A DNA stretch of 64,000 bases from an uncultured Candidatus Actinomarina sp. (GTDB taxonomy: Bacteria; Actinomycetota; Acidimicrobiia; Actinomarinales; Actinomarinaceae), in assembly GCA_902610815.1 (NCBI GenBank), contig CACLXG010000004.1, forward strand, positions 52,566 through 116,565, given 5' to 3'. A program made the position numbers and the translations under genes. Positions 20,811 through 31,624 of this stretch are shown here, one piece after another. Each line of letters opens with the position of its first letter. The stretch's first letter is position 1. Below the pieces are notes generated by a model that worked only from the letters and a program-made list of their open reading frames with translations, was not told the origin of the DNA and did no database searches.

Positions 20811-21881
20811 ATGGATTATTCACCTGGTTTAAGAGGAGTCATTGCAGGAGAAACAGCAATCTCAACAGTTGGTAAAGAGGGAACTTCACTTAGATATAGA
20901 GGATATGATGCAACTGGACTTACATCCAACAATACTTATGAAGAAGTTGCATCTCTAATACTTACAGATACATTAGAAGATAAAAATTTTAAGAAAAGTT
21001 TCTCCAAATATTATTTAGAGACTACAAAAGACACAAAGTTAAATGAATTACTTTCAGAAATAAAAGAAAAACTACATCCTATGGATGTTGTTAGGACAAT
21101 AGTTTCTTACAAGGGTGAATTGACTACTCTTAGAAAAAAAAGTTTAGATAATGAAGATAAAACTGAACTATCAGCAAGAATCACCGCAATAGTCTGTTAT
21201 ATAATTGCCTCTTACCATTCAGAAGCATGTGATATGTTAGACAAGCAGTATTTGGTTGCTAGCTCTCTTTTGCCTAATGGGACATCAAAAGAAAAATTAG
21301 AAGCTTTAGATGATATGTTGATTTTGTATGCCGAACATGGTTTTAATGCTTCAACCTTCGCAACTAGAGTTACAGCATCTACAAGAGCAGATTTAACTGG
21401 TGCTATAGTTTCAGGAATAGCAACACTTAAAGGAGAACTTCACGGTGGAGCTAACGAAAGAGCGGTAGAGCTTATTAATTCCTTCGAAAATCTTGATGAT
21501 GCAGAAAAAGGAATTAAATTACTACTAGAACAAAAAACAAAAATTATGGGCTTTGGTCATGGTGTTTATAAAATACAAGACCCAAGAAGTCCTATTGTCA
21601 AAAATTGGGTATCAAAATTAGTCAATAATGATGAATCTAAGAATAGATTTGAGATTGCCCAAAAAATTGACCAAATTATGGATGAAGAAAAAAATCTTTT
21701 TCCAAATGTAGATTTTTATGGAGGTCTACTTTTAGCTGAACTTGGGTTTGAAGTTGATTTATTTACTCCAATTTTTGTTGCCGGACGTTCAGTTGGCTGG
21801 GCATCACATTATTTTGAACAAAGAGAACAAGATATTTTGATTAGGCCTGCAGCCAAATATACCGGACCTTCTGAAAGATAG
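20811..21881 (+). CDS. prpC: 2-methylcitrate synthase / citrate synthase II
   Basis: AEHGFNASTF, LHGGANE, GFGH, PNVDF; adjacent to prpD. Confidence 0.85.
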   Translation: MDYSPGLRGVIAGETAISTVGKEGTSLRYRGYDATGLTSNNTYEEVASLILTDTLEDKNFKKSFSKYYLETTKDTKLNELLSEIKEKLHPMDVVRTIVSYKGELTTLRKKSLDNEDKTELSARITAIVCYIIASYHSEACDMLDKQYLVASSLLPNGTSKEKLEALDDMLILYAEHGFNASTFATRVTASTRADLTGAIVSGIATLKGELHGGANERAVELINSFENLDDAEKGIKLLLEQKTKIMGFGHGVYKIQDPRSPIVKNWVSKLVNNDESKNRFEIAQKIDQIMDEEKNLFPNVDFYGGLLLAELGFEVDLFTPIFVAGRSVGWASHYFEQREQDILIRPAAKYTGPSER

Positions 21882-21884
21882 TTT

Positions 21885-23270
21885 TTGAATTCTAACAATC
21901 TAGATGTATTAATTAGTGATTATATTTCTAGTGATATAGGTGAAGATGACAATCATTTTTATTCCTCCAAATTAGCGATATTAGATACTATAGGATGCAT
22001 AATCGAAGCAAGTAATCATGAGAACGTTCTTCAGTTTGCGTCAAAAAATAATTTAAGTCTGAATTTTAAAAATCCATTTAAAAATTTATCTGTTAACGAA
22101 AGCTACGAAAATATATCATGGTACTTAACAGTTTTAACAAGATGGTTTGATTATAACGACACTTTTTTGGCTAAAGAGTGGGCACATCCATCAGATAATT
22201 TTGGTTCAATTTATAGCTATTTTTATAAAAACAAAAATTACAAATTTAATGATTTCACAAATGCTCTAACTAAAGCATATGAGATACAAGGTTCATTATG
22301 TTTAGGGACATCATTGAACAAACTAGGTTATGATCACGTTTTTTATGTAAAACTTGCTTCGGGTTCTATCTTCTCTTATTTAGTAAATAATGGTGATACC
22401 AATGCTTTAAGAAGAACAGTCAACAATATACTTTTAGATGGACCAAGCCTCAGGGCATATAGGCATTTTCCTAATGTTGGAAAAAGAAAAAGTTGGGCAG
22501 CTGCCGATGCCTCTAGAAGAGGTATCGAGCTTGCAATTATTAGCAACTACGAAGATGAAATTTATGAATCTGTTCAGAATGAAAACAAGTGGGGATTTGA
22601 GTCCAGTTTCTTGGATAATTCAAAAATAGAATTTGGAAAAGAACTTAATAATTGGGTCATACAAAATATTTTATTTAAAGTTCTATTCCCAGCTGAGTTT
22701 CATGGTCAGTCAGCAGTGGAAGCTGCAATTAGGCTTAGTGAGGAATTTAATAAAAATATAAATAAGTTTGAAAAAGTCAATATTTATACACATGAACCCG
22801 CAATAAGGATAATTTCAAATAAAGAGATTTTAAAAAATGCCTCTGATAGAGACCATAGTTTGGAGTATATGGTTGCAGCCGCACTTCTTTATGGAGATTT
22901 GAAATATGAAATGTATGAAGAGAGTTTTGAGGGATTTGAAAATATTAATAATTTAAGAAAAAAGATTTTTGTCTCTGAACAACCTCAATTCACAAAAGAC
23001 TATTACGAATTTTCAAAGAGACATATATCTAACTCAATAGAAATTGTTTATAACGATAACTCAACTTCAGAAAAAATAACTATAGAAAATCCTATAGGCC
23101 ATCCTTCAAGGAGAGAAGAAGCAATTCCCTTATTAAAAGATAAATTTCTCAGAAATGTGGAATCTTTATATGACACAGAAAAAGCTTTAGAAGTTTGGAA
23201 TAAAATTATAAATTTAGAAAAAGATGACGATTTAAATAAGTTTTTTAATATTCTTAATGAAGATGAATGA
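21885..23270 (+). CDS. prpD: 2-methylcitrate dehydratase
   Basis: RWFDYNDTFLAKEWAHPSDN, FPAEFHGQSAVE, RDHSLEY. Confidence 0.9.
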   Translation: MNSNNLDVLISDYISSDIGEDDNHFYSSKLAILDTIGCIIEASNHENVLQFASKNNLSLNFKNPFKNLSVNESYENISWYLTVLTRWFDYNDTFLAKEWAHPSDNFGSIYSYFYKNKNYKFNDFTNALTKAYEIQGSLCLGTSLNKLGYDHVFYVKLASGSIFSYLVNNGDTNALRRTVNNILLDGPSLRAYRHFPNVGKRKSWAAADASRRGIELAIISNYEDEIYESVQNENKWGFESSFLDNSKIEFGKELNNWVIQNILFKVLFPAEFHGQSAVEAAIRLSEEFNKNINKFEKVNIYTHEPAIRIISNKEILKNASDRDHSLEYMVAAALLYGDLKYEMYEESFEGFENINNLRKKIFVSEQPQFTKDYYEFSKRHISNSIEIVYNDNSTSEKITIENPIGHPSRREEAIPLLKDKFLRNVESLYDTEKALEVWNKIINLEKDDDLNKFFNILNEDE

Positions 23271-24135
23271 AATTTATTTATTAGTTGGAGGTGAGGCAAC
23301 AAGACTTCAACCACTTTCTTCTGGCATACCAAAAGCTTTACTGACAATTAGAGGAGAAAGAATAATTGATAAAATTATTAAACAATTTTCAAATTTAGAA
23401 AATTTTAATTTTAATTTAATTTGCTCAATCAAACATGAAGAACATTGGATAAATTACAAAACTAACCACAATAACAATATAAATCTTCATTTTGAAAAAT
23501 CTAAGCTAGACACGGCCGGATATATCATTGAAAATTTGGATTCAATGCCAGATAGATTTTACTGTATGAATGGTGATTTATTATTAAATGTTGATTTACC
23601 CAATTTCATTAATGCATCTAGTCAATGCTCTAATTCTTTAATTGGATCATTTGAAGTTGAAGACCCAACAAGATATGGAGTTTTAGAAATAGACCAAGAC
23701 AGTAAAGTAACCCAATTTATAGAAAAACCAAAAGACAAAAGCTATGGAAATAAAATAAGCCTGGGTTTGTATCATTTATACAAGAAAGATATATTATCAA
23801 TATATAAAAATCTTGAAATTCCTTGTTCTTTTGAAAGACAGGTATTTCCAGCACTATCTAAAACCGGTTTATTAAGTACATATACTGTTAAGGGAGATAT
23901 GTTGGATGTTGGAACACTAGAATCATACATTTCTGCACATATTGTTGAAGGTGAAGAAAATTGGGTCTCCCCAAATAATGTACAAGTTAGCGAAAGTGCA
24001 ATAGTAAAAAACAGTGTTATTTTGGATAACTGTATTATCGAAGATAATGTAACTATTTCTGATTCAATAATAAGTAGTGATTCAACTATTACCACCGGCA
24101 CTATTATTAACAAAGAAATTATAAGGAAAGATTAA
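23257..24135 (+). CDS. NDP-sugar pyrophosphorylase, probably mannose-1-phosphate guanylyltransferase
   Basis: GGEATRLQPL...PK, NGD, FIEKP; C-terminal hexapeptide-like repeats. Confidence 0.8.
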   Translation: MKMNEIYLLVGGEATRLQPLSSGIPKALLTIRGERIIDKIIKQFSNLENFNFNLICSIKHEEHWINYKTNHNNNINLHFEKSKLDTAGYIIENLDSMPDRFYCMNGDLLLNVDLPNFINASSQCSNSLIGSFEVEDPTRYGVLEIDQDSKVTQFIEKPKDKSYGNKISLGLYHLYKKDILSIYKNLEIPCSFERQVFPALSKTGLLSTYTVKGDMLDVGTLESYISAHIVEGEENWVSPNNVQVSESAIVKNSVILDNCIIEDNVTISDSIISSDSTITTGTIINKEIIRKD

Positions 24136-24138
24136 AAA

Positions 24139-25062
24139 ATGAAAATACTAGTAACTGGAGGAGCTGGCTTTATAGGTTCTCATCTAGTTGAAGAGCTTCT
24201 TAGTAATAAAAATGAGATTTTAATCTTTGATAATTGTCTAACTGGTAAAAAAGAGAATTTAGAAATGACAGGTAATTTTAAATTCATAATTGATGATTTC
24301 GGTTCTGAAAACTCTTTAGAAGAAATTGAAAAATTTGATCCAGATGTATGCTTCCATTTAGCTGCACAGTCTTCAGTTGTTGTATCAGTTGAAAACCCAG
24401 CACTTGATTTTGAACACAATATTTTACAGCCAATAAAACTTATTCAAGTACTTTTAAAATCTAATTGTAAAAAATTAGTGTTTACTTCATCTGGAGGAAC
24501 AATCTTTGGTGAACCTTCTGTAATTCCTACTGGTGAAGAAGATTATGCAGATGAGCCAGAGTCTCCGTATGGAGTTGCAAAAAAAAGATTAAATGAATTA
24601 ATAAAGATAATGACAAATAATTCAAATCTAAAATACTCAATTTTAAATCTATCTAATGTTTATGGACCAAGACAAGACCCCCATGGTGAGGCAGGAGTAG
24701 TATCAATATTTGCAAACAAATATTTAAATAATGAGGAACCGATTATCTATGGAGATGGTGAACAGACCAGAGATTATGTATATGTAAAAGATGTTGTCAG
24801 TGCATTAATAAAAGCATCAAAAATTGATAAAAACCATTTTTTAAACATTGGAACTGGCGTTGAAACGTCAGTAAATAATCTTTCTAATTCAATGAAAAGA
24901 CAGTTTAATTCTGAAATTAATCCTATTTATAAACCTGCAAGAGAAGGTGAATTAAATAGAAGTGTATTGAATAATACAAAAGCAAAAAAAGAATTAGATT
25001 GGAAACCAGAATACAACTTAGATGAAGGTATGAAGCAAGTCTTTAACTGGTTGAAAGCTTAA
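24139..25062 (+). CDS. NAD-dependent epimerase/dehydratase (GalE-like)
   Basis: TGGAGFIG, YGVAK, NVYGPRQDPHGEAGVV. Confidence 0.88.
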   Translation: MKILVTGGAGFIGSHLVEELLSNKNEILIFDNCLTGKKENLEMTGNFKFIIDDFGSENSLEEIEKFDPDVCFHLAAQSSVVVSVENPALDFEHNILQPIKLIQVLLKSNCKKLVFTSSGGTIFGEPSVIPTGEEDYADEPESPYGVAKKRLNELIKIMTNNSNLKYSILNLSNVYGPRQDPHGEAGVVSIFANKYLNNEEPIIYGDGEQTRDYVYVKDVVSALIKASKIDKNHFLNIGTGVETSVNNLSNSMKRQFNSEINPIYKPAREGELNRSVLNNTKAKKELDWKPEYNLDEGMKQVFNWLKA

Positions 25063-25757
25063 AGAAAAAAATCTTCATTATCTTCTCTTAACAATTCATT
25101 TGCATTTAGCTTAGAACTTTCATAGTCAACACCCCTGATTATTGCTATTGGAATATCAATAGTTTTCTTCATGACCAGCTCAGCAGCACTTGCTAACTCA
25201 TCAATAACTGCTATTTCTGTAGCATTAAGTTCATTATCAAAACTATCTAATTTGCCAATATAACTATCTATAGGACTTATTCCCGATGAACCAATCGCAA
25301 AATTAACTTGACCTTTTCTCCACGCTCGACCAAACGTATCAGAAATTATTACCGCAATGGGTAAATTTGCTAATGATTCAAACCTTTTTCGAAATTTATC
25401 TGCTGATTTATTGGGGTCTTCAGGGAGCAGTAAAGCTGAATTTTTCTTTACATTTGATCTATCAATTCCAGCATTTGCACAAATAAATCCATGGTGTGTC
25501 TTTGCTATAACTAAATCTCCTCTTTTTCTTATAATTTTTTTTGATTCACTCTGCAACAACTCTTCAAAATCATAATTTGAGAGATCTCTTTCCATTCCTT
25601 CACTTTTTGACACAATTTTTTGAGTAACAATAAAAATGTCATTTTTTTCAATACCAATCTCACTTTTATTTAAAACATCGAATGTGATTTCAGCCAAATT
25701 ATCATCAACTTTAATTTCTGGAATACCTTCTACTGGTATTATCCTTATCTCATTCAT
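25059..25757 (-). CDS. cofE: Coenzyme F420-0:L-glutamate ligase
   Basis: QKIVSKSEG, CANAGIDRSN, SDTFGRAWRKG. Confidence 0.93.
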   Translation of the reverse strand: MNEIRIIPVEGIPEIKVDDNLAEITFDVLNKSEIGIEKNDIFIVTQKIVSKSEGMERDLSNYDFEELLQSESKKIIRKRGDLVIAKTHHGFICANAGIDRSNVKKNSALLLPEDPNKSADKFRKRFESLANLPIAVIISDTFGRAWRKGQVNFAIGSSGISPIDSYIGKLDSFDNELNATEIAVIDELASAAELVMKKTIDIPIAIIRGVDYESSKLNANELLREDNEDFFL

Positions 25758-26646
25758 TTTGCAATATCCTATTAGCTAAATTTTTTGAGTCATTTTCATT
25801 TTTAAAAACAATTTGGTCTTCAAAGACGTTTGAAGAGTTGTCAGAATCTCCATGATGAACATAAAATTTATTAACTCGATTTTTATAATATTTTTTTAAT
25901 CCCTGAATATCTGGCTTGTACCCCATATCAATAAAATTTTGAACAGAAGGACCTTTAAGAGCCTTTTTACCTACAAACGGACTAATAGCAATAACATTAT
26001 TATGATCTTGTATCGATTGATTAATCCTACTTATGGAAAGGATAGGACCAATAGACAGGATTGGATTTGAGGGACCAACAATTAAAACATCACTTTGATT
26101 AATTAAGTTTATGACTTGATTTGAGGACCTTGCTTTTCTTGATCCTTCATAGACAACTTTACTCAATCGTGGTTTTGCTTTTTTTTCAACAAAATAATTT
26201 TGGAAATTTAGCTTATCACCTTTTTTTGTAATAAGTTTTGTACTTACTTTATCGTCAGACATCGGAAGAATTTTACATTTGATATTAAATTTGTTTTTTA
26301 TTATCTCTGTGATTTCAGTGAGTTGAAAACCATCGTTTAACATTTGGTTTCTAAACAAATTAAGAGCAAGGTCTTTGTCACCTATCATAAAATTCAAGTC
26401 ATAAAACTTTTTTAATTCATCATTTACAGTGAATTTATCATTCAGGACTCCCCAACCAAATTTCCCTTCTATATTTGCTAAACCATAAATTACAGAATCA
26501 ATGTCAGGCGAAAGAGCTACTCCATGTATATATTCGTCATCACCAGTATTGACGATAATTGATAAGTCAATATTTTTTAACTTGCTCAACCCCTTTGCAA
26601 ATTTAGCGCCTCCTACACCTCCACTTAAATAAACAACTTTTTTCAT
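25750..26646 (-). CDS. cofD: 2-phospho-L-lactate transferase
   Basis: SGGVGGAKF, VNTGDD, SPDIDS, PSNPILSIGPIL. Confidence 0.93.
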   Translation of the reverse strand: MKKVVYLSGGVGGAKFAKGLSKLKNIDLSIIVNTGDDEYIHGVALSPDIDSVIYGLANIEGKFGWGVLNDKFTVNDELKKFYDLNFMIGDKDLALNLFRNQMLNDGFQLTEITEIIKNKFNIKCKILPMSDDKVSTKLITKKGDKLNFQNYFVEKKAKPRLSKVVYEGSRKARSSNQVINLINQSDVLIVGPSNPILSIGPILSISRINQSIQDHNNVIAISPFVGKKALKGPSVQNFIDMGYKPDIQGLKKYYKNRVNKFYVHHGDSDNSSNVFEDQIVFKNENDSKNLANRILQNE

Positions 26647-26691
26647 TTATAAGAACCTTAAATATATGACCTTTCAACTAACATTTTAGTA

Positions 26692-26940
26692 ATGATAGAC
26701 AAAGATATTCTAGATGGATTATCAGAACTTGATGAAGCAGATTTAAAGAGAGTTAAATTATTGGTGGACAATAAGTTAAATATTGAATCTGATGTAAAAG
26801 TTTCTTATAGGACAAAATCAATAAAGTGTGGAAAAGAGTCATGTAATTCATGTCCTCACGGTCCATATTGGTATGCAGAATGGACCGAAGAAGGAAAGAG
26901 AAGAACCAAATATTTAGGTAAAAATTTAACAGATGTTTAA
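26692..26940 (+). CDS. Small Cys/His protein, DUF6788-like
   Basis: CGKESCNSCPHGPYWY...GKRRTKYLGK; TAACAT 7 nt upstream. Confidence 0.75.
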   Translation: MIDKDILDGLSELDEADLKRVKLLVDNKLNIESDVKVSYRTKSIKCGKESCNSCPHGPYWYAEWTEEGKRRTKYLGKNLTDV

Positions 26941-29110
26941 AAATAATCTTTTTGTAAAAGTTGCCCTCGGTTCTTTGCTATTAATATTTTTGCGAATTGA
27001 ACTAGTTTTTTCAGATTTGCTTCCAACCGGTGGGGATATGGGAGCACATATTGTACCGACTAAGTTTTTTGTTACTGAGCTATTTAACAATTTTAAATTA
27101 AGTGGATGGTCACAAGACTGGTTTGCCGGATACCCAATCTACTACTTTTATTTTCCACTTCCTCCCATCATTACTAGTCTCTTAAACTTTTTGTTTCCAT
27201 TTTCAATTTCTTTTAAAACCATGGTGCTAATTTCACAAGTTTTGTTAGTTATTTCTATTGAATTTCTTATGCGTAAAAATTCAAAAGAGTTTTCTTTTTA
27301 TGGATTTGGTGTTGGATTGTTATATTTGCTTACTGAATCATTCACAATTTTTGGTGGAAATTTAGCTTCATCACTTGCAGGACAGTATTCCTTTACTTAT
27401 TCGATCGCTTTTGCAAATTTATCAATATTTTATCTAATGAAGTCAAACCATAGATATTCTATAGAAATTGCTTCTTTGTTAATTGGCTTATCTGTACTTT
27501 CCCATTTAATTCCTTTCATAATTTATTTGCCAATATTTGTTTTTTATTTCTTAAAAAGTGACACAAAAATTTATAAAAAGATTGCAGCATTTATGTTTTT
27601 CTTATTTATTGCAATGAGATTTTCTATATCATTATTTTTAAATCTAGAATTCACTACAAATATGACGTATACTCCTTACACTCAGATTTCAGACCTAGTA
27701 AAATCTGATATACTCCCATTTGTTATTGGTGCAATTATTTATCTTATTTCAAGCAATAGCAAAAGTTCTTTAAAAGTAGTTACTGGATTTGAAATGTACC
27801 TACTTACTGTTTCAATATATTTATTTTTTTATGGACCAGAAAGTGCACTTTGGAATGGCAGGATAGTTCCATTTTTTAATTTAGCTATCATAGTTCTGTT
27901 TTTTAAATTATTACAATATGATATTAAAAATTTAACAAAAAAAATACAGGGCAAATATCCTTTGACTATTTTTATTTTGTTTATCAACTCTTACTTTATG
28001 TATTTGTATTACTCTAAATGGGGTAATACATATACAACAACAACTATAAGCGTAATTTTAATTGTTTTGTTTATGTTTTTAATTTCAATAAACTCTGAGA
28101 GATTATTAATTTACACAACTCTCGTTTCTCTTACTTTTGGAACTTTAAGTTACTTACCTCACTGGTTAAATTGGAACTTCAGTGGTTATGAGAGCAAAAA
28201 CAACTGGTCAGATATTACCACTCTTTATGAAGGCCTAAACACACTTGAGCCAGGCAGAATAATGTGGGAACCAAATTCTGATTTAAATAAATATGGTACT
28301 CCTATGGTGTTGATGACAATTCCCATGTTCACAGATCACGAAAGTGTCGAAGGTTTATATTTTGATTCAAGCATAACAACACCATTTCATTTTTTAACAG
28401 TTTCAGGTGTTGCTGAAAGTCCATCTAATCCAGTTGGGGGGTTGACGTATATCAATGGTGAATTCGATAAAGGTTTTAGATTAATGGAAGAAATGGGTGT
28501 AGATTATTTTATTGCATATACATCTTCAATTAAAGATAAAGCTGATAGGAGTGAAAATTTTAATTTTTTATTCTCAAATGAAGTTTTTAATGTTTATTCA
28601 ATAAATACTAAGAAAGTTGAGCTTGTTGAAGATAACTTATATTTATTTGAAAGTCCTGATTTCTATGACCGTATTCGGAATGCAGTTTTAAGGGAAGGAA
28701 CAGAACAAAGTTTTTTTGAAGCTTCTTTTGAGAGCTTTAAAAATGAATCAAATTTCAAAATAATTGAAAACTATGATATTGACTTTGTTGATCCTACTGA
28801 CTTAAACACAGAGCTTTTAATTAGTGATTTAAATATTCAAAACGAATTAATAACTTTTACAACAAATAAACCAAATCAACTTCATTTAATTAAAGTTTCA
28901 TATTTTCCAAACTGGAAAATAAAAAACGGTTATGGGCCTTTTAGAATCTCACCATCATTTATGGCAGTTGTTCCAAAAGATGAACTTGTGGAAATTAATT
29001 TTGAGTCTAGTAATGTTGAAAAAGCTCTAAATTATTTATCTATTATTACTCTTTTTGGTGCTTTACTTATCACTTATACTTATAAAAAAAGATTTGTGAA
29101 TGTTAAATAA
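26933..29110 (+). CDS. Large membrane protein, probable GT-C glycosyltransferase
   Basis: GGDMGAH, W..DWFAGYP..YFYFPLP, many TM helices, YFPNW tail; next to GtrA and GT2. Confidence 0.75.
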   Translation: MFKNNLFVKVALGSLLLIFLRIELVFSDLLPTGGDMGAHIVPTKFFVTELFNNFKLSGWSQDWFAGYPIYYFYFPLPPIITSLLNFLFPFSISFKTMVLISQVLLVISIEFLMRKNSKEFSFYGFGVGLLYLLTESFTIFGGNLASSLAGQYSFTYSIAFANLSIFYLMKSNHRYSIEIASLLIGLSVLSHLIPFIIYLPIFVFYFLKSDTKIYKKIAAFMFFLFIAMRFSISLFLNLEFTTNMTYTPYTQISDLVKSDILPFVIGAIIYLISSNSKSSLKVVTGFEMYLLTVSIYLFFYGPESALWNGRIVPFFNLAIIVLFFKLLQYDIKNLTKKIQGKYPLTIFILFINSYFMYLYYSKWGNTYTTTTISVILIVLFMFLISINSERLLIYTTLVSLTFGTLSYLPHWLNWNFSGYESKNNWSDITTLYEGLNTLEPGRIMWEPNSDLNKYGTPMVLMTIPMFTDHESVEGLYFDSSITTPFHFLTVSGVAESPSNPVGGLTYINGEFDKGFRLMEEMGVDYFIAYTSSIKDKADRSENFNFLFSNEVFNVYSINTKKVELVEDNLYLFESPDFYDRIRNAVLREGTEQSFFEASFESFKNESNFKIIENYDIDFVDPTDLNTELLISDLNIQNELITFTTNKPNQLHLIKVSYFPNWKIKNGYGPFRISPSFMAVVPKDELVEINFESSNVEKALNYLSIITLFGALLITYTYKKRFVNVK

Positions 29111-29564
29111 ATTAAAATCCTTGAAAATTTTCCAAAGTGACACTTCATTTATGCAGTTAATTAGAACTTATATTGTTGGTGCTATAAATTTGTTGATTGG
29201 TTTGTCTTTGGGATATTTATTTCAATTTTTCGTTCTTACTTTTATTGTGTTTCCTTTAAGAACTTACGTTACTAATGTACTTGCATTTTTAGTTGGAGTG
29301 GTGATTTCATACTATTTATCAAGAAGAATAATTTTTAAATTTAGCTTTTTTGGAGGAAAGTTAAAAGAGTTTTTAAATTTTTCTTACACTAATTTGATAA
29401 GTTTATTTGCACCAAATTTAATTTGGTTTGTAATCAATTTCATCAATGATGCTTTACAGAAAGATGAATTTTGGTTTCTTGTAATTACAATTCTTATAAA
29501 TGGAGCAATACTTCCGATCAAATATGTTATTTATAAATTTTTTGTTTTTAAAGATTCTTTGTAA
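29100..29564 (+). CDS. GtrA-family flippase
   Basis: 4 TM segments, SYYLSRRIIF, C-terminal KFFVFK. Confidence 0.75.
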   Translation: MLNKLKSLKIFQSDTSFMQLIRTYIVGAINLLIGLSLGYLFQFFVLTFIVFPLRTYVTNVLAFLVGVVISYYLSRRIIFKFSFFGGKLKEFLNFSYTNLISLFAPNLIWFVINFINDALQKDEFWFLVITILINGAILPIKYVIYKFFVFKDSL

Positions 29565-30268
29565 AAAATAATTCTTAATTTAATTAAGCTTTTTAATGTT
29601 CTTGGGATTCTTTTATAAATTAAGGAAACGCTTGGTCTTATTTCGTTTACTTTTGCAGGTACTTCTTTTATTTTGCCACCGTTTTTTTCTATTCTTATCA
29701 ACAATTCAGTATCAAATATGTCTTGCGTCGAAATAACCTTTGGAAGAAATTTTTCAATTTCCGACTTTTTAATTGCCTTCATTCCGTGAGTATCACTTAG
29801 TTTTGTACCAAAAAGAGTTTTTAAAAGAATTACAAAAAAATTAGTAGCTAACCTTCTGATAAATCTCCGTCCATCTTCAGAAGAACCAAGCCTTTTGGAA
29901 GCAGTTATTCCAGAATATTCGCTTCCAAGCTTTAAAGCTTCACTTAAAAAAGATTCTGAATAGTAATCAATATCAAATGATATAACTAAATCATTTTGTG
30001 CTATTTCAAATCCAGTTTTTAATGCATTTCCATAATTTGGCTCTGGATTCGATATAATTTTTATCTCTGGATGCTTGTTAGTTAACTCTTCAGCAATTGC
30101 TTTTGTTTTATCAGTAGATCCATTTTCTGAAAAAATAATTTCAAAATCTATCTCCATTCTTTTACATAATGAAAAAATTGCATTAGTTGATTCTTCAAGT
30201 ATTTCCTCTTCGTTGTAAATAGGTATTACAATCGAAAAATTCTTATAGTTAAACTTTGATTCCATCAA
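29531..30268 (-). CDS. GT2 glycosyltransferase (polyprenol-phosphate sugar synthase-like)
   Basis: SIVIPIYNEE, NGSTD, DID, SDTHGMK. Confidence 0.85.
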   Translation of the reverse strand: MMESKFNYKNFSIVIPIYNEEEILEESTNAIFSLCKRMEIDFEIIFSENGSTDKTKAIAEELTNKHPEIKIISNPEPNYGNALKTGFEIAQNDLVISFDIDYYSESFLSEALKLGSEYSGITASKRLGSSEDGRRFIRRLATNFFVILLKTLFGTKLSDTHGMKAIKKSEIEKFLPKVISTQDIFDTELLIRIEKNGGKIKEVPAKVNEIRPSVSLIYKRIPRTLKSLIKLRIIFYKESLKTKNL

Positions 30269-30286
30269 GAGTACAATAATTGGGTA

Positions 30287-31618
30287 ATGAGTAATAATCT
30301 AGATGTTATTTTTAAATCCTATGATATTAGAGGTGTCTTTGGGGATACTTTAACTATGCAAGATGCTTATAAAATTGGATATTCTTTTGCAAAATTTGTT
30401 GATTCAGAATCAATTTTAATTGGTCATGATGGTCGTTTATCTAATATAGAAATGTTAAACGCAGTTACATCTGGTATATCTAACAGTGGTAAATCTGTTT
30501 TGTATGTTGGGCTTGTACCAACAGATGTTGTATATTCTTTATCGGGACTACTCAATTTACCTGGAGTAATAATAACTGCATCTCATAATCCTAAAGAATA
30601 TAATGGATTGAAACTTTGCAATTCAGGAGCAGTACCGATTGGAGAACATTCAGGTCTATTAGAAATAAAAAATAATATTAAAAATATAGATCTAGGGGTA
30701 ATAAGAGACTTTAATTTAGAAACAAACAATGAATTAGGTTTATATTTTGAACATATAAAAAAACTAGTAAAACCAGAAAAAATTGATAGTCAAATTAAAT
30801 TTGGAGTTGATGGTGGAAATGGGGCAATAGGTTCTGTATTTAATGACTTAACAACAATTTATAACTTCAATTGTGAAGAACTTTATATGGAAGTAAATGG
30901 AAATTTTCCAAATCATCCAGCTGACCCATCAAATAAAGAAAACTTGAAAGAGATTATAAAACTCGTTAAAGAAAAAAAATTAGATTTCGGAGTAGCTTTT
31001 GATGGTGATGCAGATAGGGCAGTTTTTATTGATGATACTGGAAAAGTTGTATCTGGCAGCATGATGACAACACTAATTGCAGATTATTTATCCGAAAAAA
31101 ACAGTAATTTAAAAGTTGTCTATAACGTAAATGTTTCTCCGCATGCTTTATCAATACTTGAGTCAAAAAATATTTCTCTATTTAGATGTAAAGTAGGGCA
31201 TTCAAACATAAAAGCAATGATGAAAGAACTCGATGCTGATTTTGGTGGTGAACATAGTGCCCATTTTTACTATAAAGATAATTATTTTGCTGATTCCGCA
31301 ATTCTTACACTTTTAATGTTGATGAGTATTGTTACTGAACGAGGAGAGAAGGTGAGCAGTATGATTGATAAATATAATTTCCCCCCATCATCTGGAGAAA
31401 TCAACTTTGTAGTTGATGACGTAGGCACTTCTTTAGAAAAAATAAAAACTGTTTTTACTGGTAATTTTGATGAACTTGATGGGCTGTCGTATTTTGATGA
31501 GAACTTTTGGTTTAATGTTAGAGGATCAAATACTGAACCTAAATTAAGAGTAAATATAGAAGCTCCTTCTCAAAAAATACTTGATGAAGTTTTAGAGAAA
31601 ATTTCAACTACTATATAG
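30287..31618 (+). CDS. manB: Phosphomannomutase/phosphoglucomutase
   Basis: YDIRG, TASHNP, DGDADR, GEHSAH, SNTEP. Confidence 0.92.
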   Translation: MSNNLDVIFKSYDIRGVFGDTLTMQDAYKIGYSFAKFVDSESILIGHDGRLSNIEMLNAVTSGISNSGKSVLYVGLVPTDVVYSLSGLLNLPGVIITASHNPKEYNGLKLCNSGAVPIGEHSGLLEIKNNIKNIDLGVIRDFNLETNNELGLYFEHIKKLVKPEKIDSQIKFGVDGGNGAIGSVFNDLTTIYNFNCEELYMEVNGNFPNHPADPSNKENLKEIIKLVKEKKLDFGVAFDGDADRAVFIDDTGKVVSGSMMTTLIADYLSEKNSNLKVVYNVNVSPHALSILESKNISLFRCKVGHSNIKAMMKELDADFGGEHSAHFYYKDNYFADSAILTLLMLMSIVTERGEKVSSMIDKYNFPPSSGEINFVVDDVGTSLEKIKTVFTGNFDELDGLSYFDENFWFNVRGSNTEPKLRVNIEAPSQKILDEVLEKISTTI

Positions 31619-31624
31619 GTAATA

